Origin: an uncultured Ruficoccus sp.
GTDB lineage: Bacteria > Verrucomicrobiota > Verrucomicrobiia > Opitutales > Cerasicoccaceae
Assembly: GCA_965140785.1 (NCBI GenBank)
Contig: OZ223496.1
Location: 64,001 to 128,000 of the forward strand
Reading direction: 5' to 3'
DNA: 64,000 bases
Made by a program: the position numbers and the translations under genes. Below the pieces are notes generated by a model, which had not been told where the DNA came from, searched no databases, and saw only the letters and a program-made list of their open reading frames with translations. Each line of letters opens with the position of its first letter. The first letter of the stretch is position 1. Below are positions 1 to 9,566 of this stretch, in pieces.

Positions 1-2296
1 TAGTAGCCCCATCGCGAACCAACGCCGCCAGTTTATCGAGTACTTCAGGCCGCATACTGAGATCCGGAGCTATATAGAGAACGCGGAACCGCTGACCACT
101 CTTGGGCATCACCATGTAGCCTTCTTCATCCACCTCCACGTGATTGAGCAAACCATCGCTATTGAGGAAGCTGAAATCGTAGCCTTCAGGGAAACGGCTC
201 GTATGCACGCTCTGCCAGCGGGAAAAATCCGGTGGGGCATCATCGCCCAGGTAGTGCAAAACGTCCTGGATGGGCGTACCTTCGCGCAATAGATTTTGGG
301 AGCGCGTCAGATAGTCCGTCCAGGCTCGCGCTTCATGCCACCAGGCCCGGGTCCGCTCAAAGTGCATACCCCAGTACTCCAGGGTCAGCCCCGGGGTGAC
401 CTCGGGAAATGGTTGCATGACATAGACGTGATGCATGGTACGGGTGATCCCTGCGGCTATCTCCAGGTCTCCCACGGGCTTAATTCCGTAAGGGTGGGAA
501 AGCCAGTTGGCCCCGTCCCGCTTCCCGGTGAACGATTCGGAAGCCGAAATAGGCTGGCCATAAATGGCGGCAGCGGCGGCGGCAACTTTGGTGCGGTAAA
601 AGCGCAACTCCGGCTGAGACATTTGCGTGCCCTCTTCTTCGCGCAGAACCGTATTGGCAGCCGCGATGTCGGCATTTCCCATGGCACGCAAATTATCCAC
701 CCAGGCTTTAAGCGATTGGGCCGAAAGGGAAATCCCGTATTTATTGCAAACATCCCGGAGACCCCCATAAAAATTCTCTGTCACCAAGTCGGAGATGGTC
801 AGGCGCACATCCCAGAGAAAGCGTTCGGTCTCCGCCGGGCTGCCCACAATATAGCCGACCATGGCGGGAAGGTAGCTCTGCGGATCGTACCCCCGCCGCT
901 GCTCGAAGATACTCTCGAAGCCCTCAGTCCAGTTCTGGCTCCCCGCTTCCCAACTGTCGGCATGAGCACCGACCAAGGTCGTGCCCGCCAAAGGCCCGGC
1001 CTGCTCGATAATCTTGCCCAGCATGCCGTTTTCAACGTGATGCCGCACGGCTTCGCGGTTGAATTTATCCACTTCCAGACCTGTACCGGCGACGCTGCCC
1101 GGGCGGTTGGTAGCCTCAGTCGTGGTGAAACCGAGGCGCAAGATTGTCCAGTTCCCCGGTGGTACTTCCCAGCGCAGGCGCCCTTCCCGGGTCATATGGC
1201 TGCTGATGTCCACGACCTGCCCGGGCTCGATGGCATCGGCGTCACTGAAATCGGAAAAGGGCTTCATGGACCACTCGCGATCAACGATCCATTGCGGCAA
1301 CATGTGCGCGGCCTTCAGGTTCCAATCGGGCAGGCGCGGTTCGGGCCCCAGCGTGATTTCGGCGATAGAGAGTTCGCCGCGGGGATTGCTCAATTCCACC
1401 CGGAAATATTTAGCCGTGACCGGCGCAAAAGTCAGGGCAACCGGCTTGAGTGTATTCGGAGGGCTCCAACGGATGCGCCGGGGATACGTCGCAACCGGTC
1501 GATAGTCCACCCCGTCATCAGAAGCCAGCACCCGCCATTTGGGTTGCGTTATACCGCGAAACATCACGGTCGCATTCCGGGCGGTAAATGGCTCCTCAAA
1601 CTCGAGGTCGAAATTAACCGTTTTCTTGCCATTACCATCTACAGGCAGCTCCGTGGCCCAATCATTATCAACCAACAACTCGAGATCGCTTCCATCCGGA
1701 ACCGGCGCGCTACGGACCCGGCAAGCCACGTCAGACATGGCCTTGCCCGGTTCGCCGGGAGTCGGAAACGCCAGCAAAGCGATATCCTCGTAATAACCCA
1801 TCGCCGCGTAGGGGCGCTGAAACTCAACATCAATGGCTCCCGGGCCTCTGACCTGAGTCGTGGTCCAGGAAAGCCGCTTCATGCTTTGGGCGGGCTCGAT
1901 CCACGGCCCCCCGGCTTCAGACCAGCCTTCGCTATTGAGCAAGCTTATCTGAATACCCAGTTCGGCAGCCTTCCTCAAGGCGTACTGCATCATATCCAGG
2001 TATTCCGGTGACATGAAAGCAACCGGCCCCGCGGGAATTTGATCATGCGGATTTACATGCCCAATGACGGCGCCGCCAATGCCAGCCTCAGCCATTGCCT
2101 GCAAATCCGCGTCAATGCCCACCCGCGTTATATTGCCGTTCATCCAGTACCAGATGACCCATGGGCGCTCCTCAGATTCCGCACGAGAAAAGGAGGCTTC
2201 AACACGCGACTCGCCGTGGCAAAGCGGAAGCGTCGCAAATAAAAGCTCACAAGTAAGTGCGCACATTCTCCGGGAGAAAGCTCTTGGGTAAGGCAT
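1..2296 (-). CDS. GH106-like glycoside hydrolase (alpha-L-rhamnosidase family), 3' end runs off the window
   Basis: Absent from the ORF track because it has no stop in the window. Manual translation from ATG 2296 gives MPYPRAF...ERPWVIWYWMNGNITRVGIDADLQAMAEAGIGG, the typical GH106 N-terminus. The same frame reads LDKLAALVRDGAT at the window edge. Confidence 0.8.
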   Translation of the reverse strand, partial: MPYPRAFSRRMCALTCELLFATLPLCHGESRVEASFSRAESEERPWVIWYWMNGNITRVGIDADLQAMAEAGIGGAVIGHVNPHDQIPAGPVAFMSPEYLDMMQYALRKAAELGIQISLLNSEGWSEAGGPWIEPAQSMKRLSWTTTQVRGPGAIDVEFQRPYAAMGYYEDIALLAFPTPGEPGKAMSDVACRVRSAPVPDGSDLELLVDNDWATELPVDGNGKKTVNFDLEFEEPFTARNATVMFRGITQPKWRVLASDDGVDYRPVATYPRRIRWSPPNTLKPVALTFAPVTAKYFRVELSNPRGELSIAEITLGPEPRLPDWNLKAAHMLPQWIVDREWSMKPFSDFSDADAIEPGQVVDISSHMTREGRLRWEVPPGNWTILRLGFTTTEATNRPGSVAGTGLEVDKFNREAVRHHVENGMLGKIIEQAGPLAGTTLVGAHADSWEAGSQNWTEGFESIFEQRRGYDPQSYLPAMVGYIVGSPAETERFLWDVRLTISDLVTENFYGGLRDVCNKYGISLSAQSLKAWVDNLRAMGNADIAAANTVLREEEGTQMSQPELRFYRTKVAAAAAAIYGQPISASESFTGKRDGANWLSHPYGIKPVGDLEIAAGITRTMHHVYVMQPFPEVTPGLTLEYWGMHFERTRAWWHEARAWTDYLTRSQNLLREGTPIQDVLHYLGDDAPPDFSRWQSVHTSRFPEGYDFSFLNSDGLLNHVEVDEEGYMVMPKSGQRFRVLYIAPDLSMRPEVLDKLAALVRDGAT

Positions 2297-2319
2297 GGGG
2301 CGGGAGCTACTGCAAAAGG

Positions 2320-3720
2320 CTATGTCGCTTTTGTACCGGGCGGCAGTACCGGGCGTTTAAAATAGCGTTGGCTTTGATTCCACGCTTCGACATGCCCATA
2401 GCGCTCCAGTAATTCCGGCCAGGGCAACAAAGCATCGTATTCCTGCGCAAAGCGGCGGGTTTGCTCATGCAGTTGACTGCGCAGGGAGGCGTATTGTTTG
2501 TCCTCAATGAGGTTGTGCAACTGAAGAGGGTCGTTCTTGTTATCGAAGAGAAGCCAGGGGGTGCCATCGGCATGACAGGCATAGGTGTGCCCGTCCGTGC
2601 GCACGCCCCGCCAGGCATCGGTGCCCCGGTCCATCGACTGATGACAGGGCACAAGGTCAAAGATGTAGCAGGCTTCTTGTCCGCGAGTCTTTTCCCCACG
2701 GAATAAAGCCTGTAAATCATGACCATCCGGGGCAGAAAGGGGACACCCCAGCAACCCCATTAAACTAACCGGTAAATCAACCAGCCCGATCAGTTCCTCG
2801 CAGATGCCTGTCGAAATAACGCCGGGCAGGCGGGCCAGGAGAGGCACTCCGATAGATTCCTCGAAGGGCAGCTGTTTGTTGCTCCATCCCTGGCTGCCGA
2901 GCATGTCGCCATGGTCGCTGGTGTAGACAATCAGCGTATTGTCCAATTGCCCGGTTTCTTCAAGAGCCGCCAGCAAACGACCAAATTGCTCATCCAAAGC
3001 GGTGATGTGCGCGTAATAGCCTTTCAGCTTCTCTTCGACCTGCTCCCGCGTCCATTCCGGCTCCTCAAGTTTATCAATGATTCGCTCCGGGACATTATCA
3101 CGCAGCCCGACAGACCGGTTACGGTAGAGCTCAAGGTAGCGCTCGGGAACGTCGAAATACGGGTCGTGCGGAGGCCCCCAGGATAACCAGAGCCCCCAGG
3201 GCGCGGTGCCGTTTCTGCGGATGAAATCAACGGCCAGCGAAGTGTAGGTTTCCGCATCGTAGCCCGAGATATCATGACGTGTATTTTGTTCGTCATAATA
3301 ATAGGAGTCCAGGTAGCTGTGGTCGCAGTTACAGACTTTCCATTCCTTGAAGCCCAGACGTCGGCCTTCCTCAATTGCCTGATCGCGGGGTATGCCTCCC
3401 AGATGCCATTTGCCGATATAGCCCGTATGATACCCGGCTCGGTTCAACACGCAGGCTACACTTTCCAGGTCTGTGCGTACGGGCAGGTCATTGGTAATGG
3501 CTCCGTGGTTCAAGGCATATAATCCCGACATGAGCGTGCCCCGGGCGGGCACGCAGACCGGCGCATTCGATATACACTGCGAAAACTGCAAAGCATCGGT
3601 AGCAAAGCGATCCAAATGGGGAGAGATGACATCGGGATTTCCGTAACACCCCAGATCGCACCGGCGATGCTGGTCTGAAAATACGAAGAGAATGTTGTAG
3701 TCGGGGCGTGGCGTGCTCAT
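2320..3720 (-). CDS. Formylglycine-dependent sulfatase (S1 family), no obvious signal peptide
   Basis: NILFVFSDQHR, CVPARGTLMSG (C-x-P-x-R), GYIGKWHL, PPHDPY and TSDHG motifs. Confidence 0.95.
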   Translation of the reverse strand: MSTPRPDYNILFVFSDQHRRCDLGCYGNPDVISPHLDRFATDALQFSQCISNAPVCVPARGTLMSGLYALNHGAITNDLPVRTDLESVACVLNRAGYHTGYIGKWHLGGIPRDQAIEEGRRLGFKEWKVCNCDHSYLDSYYYDEQNTRHDISGYDAETYTSLAVDFIRRNGTAPWGLWLSWGPPHDPYFDVPERYLELYRNRSVGLRDNVPERIIDKLEEPEWTREQVEEKLKGYYAHITALDEQFGRLLAALEETGQLDNTLIVYTSDHGDMLGSQGWSNKQLPFEESIGVPLLARLPGVISTGICEELIGLVDLPVSLMGLLGCPLSAPDGHDLQALFRGEKTRGQEACYIFDLVPCHQSMDRGTDAWRGVRTDGHTYACHADGTPWLLFDNKNDPLQLHNLIEDKQYASLRSQLHEQTRRFAQEYDALLPWPELLERYGHVEAWNQSQRYFKRPVLPPGTKAT

Positions 3721-3805
3721 ATTATTTCAAGTGCTGTGTCCTGGTTTATAGTTCGGTCTTCGAACAGACCAAGACAACGTAATGAAGCCTGAAAGCCGTA
3801 CATCC

Positions 3806-4801
3806 TCAGGCCATTTGCAGCGAGCTTTTATGGTTAACGGACCACTTAAGGGGCTTACCCTCGACATACCGCTCCGCCTCCTCTAACATGTATTGCCCAA
3901 GCCGGTGGCATTCCCGATGCCGGGCTCCGGCAATGTGCGGCGTGAGGATGATGTTCGGCACTCCGAACAGCGGTGAATCCGGTTTCGGAGGCTCTGGATC
4001 GACAACGTCCAAAACGGCGGTCAAATCGGGACGCTCCTTGAGCACCTCGATCATTTCGTTCTGCCGCACGACCCCTCCACGGGCCGTATTAATGAAGCTG
4101 GCCCTTTTCTTCATCATGCGGAAATGCTCCCCCCGGATCATCCCCTCGGTCTGGGGAAGCAGCGGAGTATGCAGGGAAACACAGTCGCAGTCCCGAAAGA
4201 TGTCCTCAATCGACGCGGGGCGCACGCCACACTCACTCTCAAGGTCGGGAAAGGGCTGAATATCGTAGGCCCAGATTTCCAGGTCGAAATGACGCAGGAG
4301 CCGGCAGACCCTTCTCCCGATCATGCCGAGAGAGACCAAGCCGACCTTGCTGCCGTAAGTGCCAATGCACGGTCGCTCCCCGCGCCACACAGCCACGTCC
4401 CCGCCCATACACTGGTTCGCCAGTTGCCAGCCGTTTTTCAGGCAGAAGAGGATCTGTGAGAGCGTATACTCCGTCACCGGGATAGCGTTGGCCGCATAGG
4501 CACTGGAAACCCCGATTCCCCGCTGCCAGGCGGCATCCGTCATCATATGCTTAACCGATCCGGCCGCGTGAAAAACATGCTTGAGCCGGGGAGCGGCCCG
4601 CAGGAATTCCTCGTCCAGCACAGGATAGCCCCAACTGGTAAAGAGGACATCGGCCTCGGCCAGAGAAGTCGCGCAGGTGCGCCACTCAGCTCCTTTGACG
4701 GGCTCACCGAGAATGTTCACACAATGGGCGATCGCCCTTCTTTCGTCCTCGCCATAGGCGGGGCCATTTACGTTGGTATCATAAAAAAACAGTCCGTTCA
4801 T
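3806..4801 (-). CDS. D-isomer-specific 2-hydroxyacid dehydrogenase
   Basis: SLGMIGR NAD-binding, SLHTPL, FINTARG, LDV, TPHIAG; ATG 4801 preceded by a GGAGAG RBS. Confidence 0.9.
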   Translation of the reverse strand: MNGLFFYDTNVNGPAYGEDERRAIAHCVNILGEPVKGAEWRTCATSLAEADVLFTSWGYPVLDEEFLRAAPRLKHVFHAAGSVKHMMTDAAWQRGIGVSSAYAANAIPVTEYTLSQILFCLKNGWQLANQCMGGDVAVWRGERPCIGTYGSKVGLVSLGMIGRRVCRLLRHFDLEIWAYDIQPFPDLESECGVRPASIEDIFRDCDCVSLHTPLLPQTEGMIRGEHFRMMKKRASFINTARGGVVRQNEMIEVLKERPDLTAVLDVVDPEPPKPDSPLFGVPNIILTPHIAGARHRECHRLGQYMLEEAERYVEGKPLKWSVNHKSSLQMA

Positions 4802-4851
4802 ATGTGTTCTCTCCAAAAATCGATCCGCTCCGCCAAAAGCCAGAGGCGACT

Positions 4852-5614
4852 TTAATCTTCTCCCTGACCATCAATCGTCCAGTTCTCCTTACCGGGTACG
4901 GTCTCAGTCGTAAATGCCGACCCGTCGAAGCGCACAAAATTCGCCTGTCCGTTATAGGGCGCCCGCACTCTGACATTGGCATCCTCAATGTCTGTCCAGA
5001 ATTCGCCTGCATGGCTGTAAACCGCCGGCCCCAAGTGATAAGCGGTTCCTCCCGTGCCAAAGATAATCGCCTGGTTGTGTATGTCGCTCAACCGGGGGGT
5101 GAATCCCACCCCCGTTACTATCCGCCAGAATATCTCCGTTACCTTTTTCGGCGGGGCGTATGGCCCCGTTTGAGGTCTTTGTGCCGACGGCCACAATATT
5201 GATTCCGTAAGCGACTTTCTTGCGGCCAGTATTATCATAGTAATCATAGCCGCCACCGGGGGAAAAAACCGTGCTCTCGGGGATTTCGGGATAGTCCAAA
5301 TAGACGGAATACTCATCTCCCGGGAACGAGAAGTTGAATTGATCGGCTAACCAACCGGGCCAGTGCCGCCTGTACGCTTCCGGACTTGGCATGCGCCCCA
5401 TGATCACGTAGCCACCGTTTTCATTGGAAGCCATAATCCAGGCACCGTGAAGCTGACGCAAGTGGGCGACATCACGCGAGGAGGCGGCCCGGACGCGTAT
5501 GGAAGATACGGTCGGGATGATAATGGCAGCCAGCACAGCAATGACGGCGATGACAACGAGTAATTCGACAAGACTGAATCCGGCATTGTCGGGGAGTATT
5601 CTTTTCTCGCGCAT
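4852..5614 (-). CDS. Prepilin-type N-terminal cleavage/methylation protein with an H-X9-DG-like C-terminus; split by a frameshift (probably at G6 5094-5099)
   Basis: ORF 4985-5614 begins GFSLVELLVVIAVIAVLAAIIIP. Overlapping ORF 4852-5316 ends YNGQANFVRFDGS. Removing one base of the G6 run joins the two. Confidence 0.8.
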
Positions 5615-5638
5615 GAAGGGAGGGGTTGGGGGGTGGTA

Positions 5639-6913
5639 TCAGGGAGATATTCCGTGGGTCAGCACGGGCCAGCCAATCGCCTCGCTCGTGCTTTGATTAC
5701 CACGGTCAATAGTTGAGATCAGCCGGTGCAGGCTGTCGTTCTCGGGGTAACGGGCATAGGCCAGTTCAAAAAAAGTAATCGAGTCCCCGGCCTTGCCCAA
5801 TCGCTCGCTTTCGCCAGTATAGAAACCGCCCTTAAGCGTGCTGTCTTTCAGGCGGTAGAAGTCGGACAGAAAGTCATAGGCAAGCTCCAGGTTTTCGCCT
5901 CCCGGAGCCGTGTAGGTATACATATCCAGCCCGTTCTGCCGGCAGATTTCGGCTGCCAGTGTCAACTGACGCAGCGTAAGGTGCGAGTACTGAAGCCCGC
6001 GGTCGGGCTTGGTCACGTTGTCTTTGTAGTGTCCGCCCAGGGCGAAATGCCGGTAGCGGTCGTAGATCTCGCCCGTGTGCACCGGGAACTCGCCCGGTTC
6101 GCCTCCATAGGGGCTGTCCCCGGACATGAGAATCGCCCCAGTAATCATTTCCCGGAAATCACGCGGATTTAGCGGGCAGTCGAGCGCGTACTGCGCCAGT
6201 TCCTGATCTCCGGTCGCATAAGCAATCGCCAACAGGCCGAGCACTTCGGAGGCAATGTGGTTCTGGTAATACTGCTGGCCAAAAAAGTCGTTATCCACCC
6301 AGCGTTGCGTTCCTTCCTTGATCCGCTCCACCAGCACCCCAAACCACTCCTGCACCTGCGCTTTGTCGGCCTCGGTCATGCCCGGATAATCGTGCAACAG
6401 GTCGTAAGTCCACACCAGTGGCAGCGTCCCGCGAGCAACCAGCATGCCCATGTTAGGATAGCGGATTTCCTCGTCGAAATACGATCCGGGCCGGGGCTTC
6501 GCCGAGGCCCACTCCATTAATATCGCCACGGCCTTGTCCGCGTAGGCTTTATTACCCGAGATCGCATAAGCGAGGCTCAAATCCCGGGCACGCCACCCTG
6601 CCGCCTGAACGCGTTTATAAAAGACAAAGGGGTCCTCACCCTGATAGGGCTTGGGTACGGGGGCTTTGAGGGCGGCCTCGGCACTCGCCCGCAGGCGTTC
6701 CCAGGCCCGGGCAAAAGGCTCGCGCCCGCTAAGAGCCCGGCCCCGCATATCCGCGAGCCCCTCCTGATCGATAAAGAGTCGCGGGTGGGGCTTGTTCATG
6801 GATGGTGCCTGAAGGACAGGAGCAGCCCCCGAAGCGGCGGGCTGAACGCCACGGGCACCTCCCGCTCCAACGAGCGAAACGAACAGCACTGTAAAAATGA
6901 CCCTGAAGTACAT
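5639..6913 (-). CDS. Secreted alginate-lyase-family (alpha/alpha toroid) polysaccharide lyase
   Basis: Signal peptide; HPRLF; LAYAISG..YADKAVAILMEWA; QNH; GLQYS pattern typical of the Alginate_lyase family. Confidence 0.75.
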   Translation of the reverse strand: MYFRVIFTVLFVSLVGAGGARGVQPAASGAAPVLQAPSMNKPHPRLFIDQEGLADMRGRALSGREPFARAWERLRASAEAALKAPVPKPYQGEDPFVFYKRVQAAGWRARDLSLAYAISGNKAYADKAVAILMEWASAKPRPGSYFDEEIRYPNMGMLVARGTLPLVWTYDLLHDYPGMTEADKAQVQEWFGVLVERIKEGTQRWVDNDFFGQQYYQNHIASEVLGLLAIAYATGDQELAQYALDCPLNPRDFREMITGAILMSGDSPYGGEPGEFPVHTGEIYDRYRHFALGGHYKDNVTKPDRGLQYSHLTLRQLTLAAEICRQNGLDMYTYTAPGGENLELAYDFLSDFYRLKDSTLKGGFYTGESERLGKAGDSITFFELAYARYPENDSLHRLISTIDRGNQSTSEAIGWPVLTHGISP

Positions 6914-6930
6914 GGGAAGACGGGGCGAGA

Positions 6931-8022
6931 TTACGGTTGTGAATCCACGCGCTGGTGCTCCCGCATAAGCGTTTCTCCGTAAATGACGCGAGGCTCGGAC
7001 TTGACTACACCGACGGACGATCCTGGCTCGTCAACGAGCGATCGGGCCAACTCCGGTGTAATGTCAGCCAGGGCTTCCATCGACTGGCAAATCGTGGTGA
7101 TGCGGGGCTGATGGTTAAGTGCTTCTGAGGCCCCGTCAAAACCCACCAAGCCGACATCTTCGGGGATACGCTTGCCCTTGTATGCGAGGATATCCGCAAC
7201 GAGCCCGGCCACTTGGTCGTTAAAGCAAAAATAATAATCGCAATCGGAGTGTTGGTCGATCTCGGCCACGATCTGGTCCACGCGGCTAAGCATATTCGCA
7301 GCATTGAGCTGTACGATCTGAATGTCGCCGAGCGATTTACCCGCCTCGATCCAGCGCTTCTTGAAGCCGAGGATACGCAGTTCAAACGAACTCCACAAGA
7401 CCCCGTCGTAAGCCCAGGTAATCAGCATCGGCCGTTTGTACCGGGACTTCAACATGAGCTCCGCAGCCAACTCGCCCCCACGAAAATAGTCACAGGTAAG
7501 TGTGTTCGGGTATGCCTGCCCCGGGTGGGTCTGCACGGCAATGGTCCGTGTTAACTCGACCTCAGGGAAGCCCGACGGGATTCCCGCGTCACCCAGGACA
7601 ATCGCTACGTCGGTCTTGGAAGCCTTATCCAGGTCCATATTTCCAAGGGGCGCATGAGTAAGGAAAAGCTGGGTCGTATAGCCGCCCCCCGGGGCATTCA
7701 TAGCGAGCTGGCAGTAATAGCGCTCCATCAGGGGCTTCATTACATAGCTATCTCCCTCCGCAAACACCGAAAAGTGTAGCGGCCGACGGCTGCCCTTTTT
7801 CAGGCAGTGCTCCGAAAAACGATAACGGCCATTCGTAAGAGTCTCGACCGAGCCATCCTCACGCAGGCTGTGCAGGGCGCGCCAGACCGTATCGCGACTG
7901 ACGCCGATTTTCTCAGACAAATGGCGAATGGCAGGAAGCCTATCCTCGACGCCAGAACCCACCTCCCGGGAGAGATCCAGGATACGCTCCTTAGCCGTTT
8001 CTAACGCTGATACAAATGCCAT
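6931..8022 (-). CDS. GntR-type wHTH fused to a LacI/periplasmic-binding-like effector domain (transcriptional regulator)
   Basis: RLPAIRHLSEKIGVSRDTVWRAL; C-terminal FCFND, RIPEDVGLVGFD, PRITTI. Confidence 0.85.
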   Translation of the reverse strand: MAFVSALETAKERILDLSREVGSGVEDRLPAIRHLSEKIGVSRDTVWRALHSLREDGSVETLTNGRYRFSEHCLKKGSRRPLHFSVFAEGDSYVMKPLMERYYCQLAMNAPGGGYTTQLFLTHAPLGNMDLDKASKTDVAIVLGDAGIPSGFPEVELTRTIAVQTHPGQAYPNTLTCDYFRGGELAAELMLKSRYKRPMLITWAYDGVLWSSFELRILGFKKRWIEAGKSLGDIQIVQLNAANMLSRVDQIVAEIDQHSDCDYYFCFNDQVAGLVADILAYKGKRIPEDVGLVGFDGASEALNHQPRITTICQSMEALADITPELARSLVDEPGSSVGVVKSEPRVIYGETLMREHQRVDSQP

Positions 8023-8156
8023 GTCCGTTTTGTCAGATTTCTGTCAGAGGAATAAACACCGATTATATCTATATGTAAAGGTAATTTTCAGTAATATCAT
8101 CCTTGAAATATAAAACAAATAAGACAAAGATCAGACATAACAGACAACTGCTGACA
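8022..8156. promoter_or_regulatory. Divergent promoter region with phased TGTCNG / NNGACA repeats (candidate operator array)
   Basis: TGTCCG 8022, TGTCAG 8031, TGTCAG 8042; inverted set AAGACA 8121, CAGACA 8132, CAGACA 8141, CTGACA 8151; spacing 9-11 bp; AT-rich core. Confidence 0.55.
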
Positions 8157-8273
8157 AACAATTTTGACCCAAACTATTTTACCCCAACAGTTACGTTTTC
8201 TGATTTCCCCTACCCCTCTTGGTAACCGATCAGCCCCTGCCAACTTCCTCATAACCCCTGACTAAACACAGCT

Positions 8274-9077
8274 ATGAAAAGCAAAAATCTCGTCTCACGT
8301 GCAGTAACCCTGGGAGCCTTCAGCATCGCCACGCTCTGCGCCACCTCTCTCTCGGCAGCAACCTTCAGCGATGACTTCAACCGGACCGATACCGCATGGA
8401 CCCAAGACGGTTCGATTATCGGAACCGACTGGGTGATCGGTAACGGAACCAATTGGAGAATCGTTAACAACGAGCTCGAATCCGAACCTTACACAGCGGG
8501 CAAACAGGTCATCTGGAATACAGCCGTTTCCTTCGCCCCCGGCGACACCACGCTGAACTTCTCCGGAACTCTCACCTCACATAATGGCGGTTGGAACGGA
8601 ATTGTGTTTAATCTCCAGGACGACGGAAACTATTACACAGTCCGGCTGAATGGCGGTGGCAACAGCAACGACTTCCAATTTCTCGTCTTTGGAGACGGCG
8701 GTCTCAAAACACAAATCGATCCGGAAAGCGGCAGTAAAACAGCAAGCGCCTACTTTAACCAAAGCGTTCCCTACACGGTCACAGTCACCCTCGTTTCCCA
8801 AAACCTTTACGGCGTTTCGATCAGCGGCAGCAATATTGACGACATCTATCGTGAATACGACGTCAGCTCTTACGCCTCGTACCTGTACTCCTCCGGCTAT
8901 ACGGGCTTCTACTCCAGCTCGGTTGGTACCCTCTACGACGATTACTCCATGACCACCAACGCCCCGGAGTCTTCCACCACCGCATTACTGATGGGGCTAC
9001 TGGTTCTTTCCAGCATTCTGGGCACCCGCCCGCCTGAAACAGCGCGGCTAAATGGCCAAGCATGCGAAATACGCTGA
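8274..9077 (+). CDS. PEP-CTERM-type exported surface protein (beta-sandwich-like); true stop probably 9051
   Basis: Signal peptide; C-terminal APESSTTALLMGLLVLSSILG. Removing one C at 9025-9031 gives the canonical basic tail TRRLKQRG followed by TAA at 9049-9051. Confidence 0.75.
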   Translation: MKSKNLVSRAVTLGAFSIATLCATSLSAATFSDDFNRTDTAWTQDGSIIGTDWVIGNGTNWRIVNNELESEPYTAGKQVIWNTAVSFAPGDTTLNFSGTLTSHNGGWNGIVFNLQDDGNYYTVRLNGGGNSNDFQFLVFGDGGLKTQIDPESGSKTASAYFNQSVPYTVTVTLVSQNLYGVSISGSNIDDIYREYDVSSYASYLYSSGYTGFYSSSVGTLYDDYSMTTNAPESSTTALLMGLLVLSSILGTRPPETARLNGQACEIR

Positions 9078-9275
9078 TGGCTAAAGCCGTTAAGGCTCGC
9101 CCGGGTTATTGTTTGAGCTTGAGAAAGCGGACGTGCCAGAATTTTCCGTCCTGCGTCGGATAGACGATCAGAAACAACGGACGCGGGTTGCGGTACGCCA
9201 GGCGTGTGTCTGAGCCTCCCGAAATTGGTCCATTGCTGATGAGATGATTTTCTGTCAAATGACAGATAATCGAGT

Positions 9276-9566
9276 ATGAAACGAGGAAGACGAAGCACCG
9301 AAGAGATCATCCGCATCCTTCGCTCGCGCGAAGGTCTAAACGTCGAGGATGCCTGCCGCGAGCACGGTATCAGCCCGGCGACGTACCATCGCTACAAGCG
9401 CCAGTATGGGGGGGTTGGATGTGAAGGAGGCACAGCGGCTACGGGACTTGGAGAAGGAGTTCACGAGCGTAGCGAGAAGGCCTGACACTCCGAGCTAAAG
9501 AAGCTGCTTGCCGACCATTTGCTCAAGACCAAAGCCCTTGAGATTGCGTTGGAAAAAAACGCCTGA
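9276..9566 (+). pseudogene. IS3 transposase OrfA, disrupted
   Basis: MKRGRRSTEEIIRIL...ACREHGISPATYHRYKRQYGG; G7 run at 9408-9414 and a 26-bp insertion at 9460-9485; reading resumes SELKKLLADHLLKTKALEIALEKNA. Confidence 0.85.

Noticed and set aside
296..2011. 571-aa plus-strand ORF
   Set aside because: Antisense shadow of the GH106-like gene; it has no motifs, and such shadows are common in GC-rich DNA.
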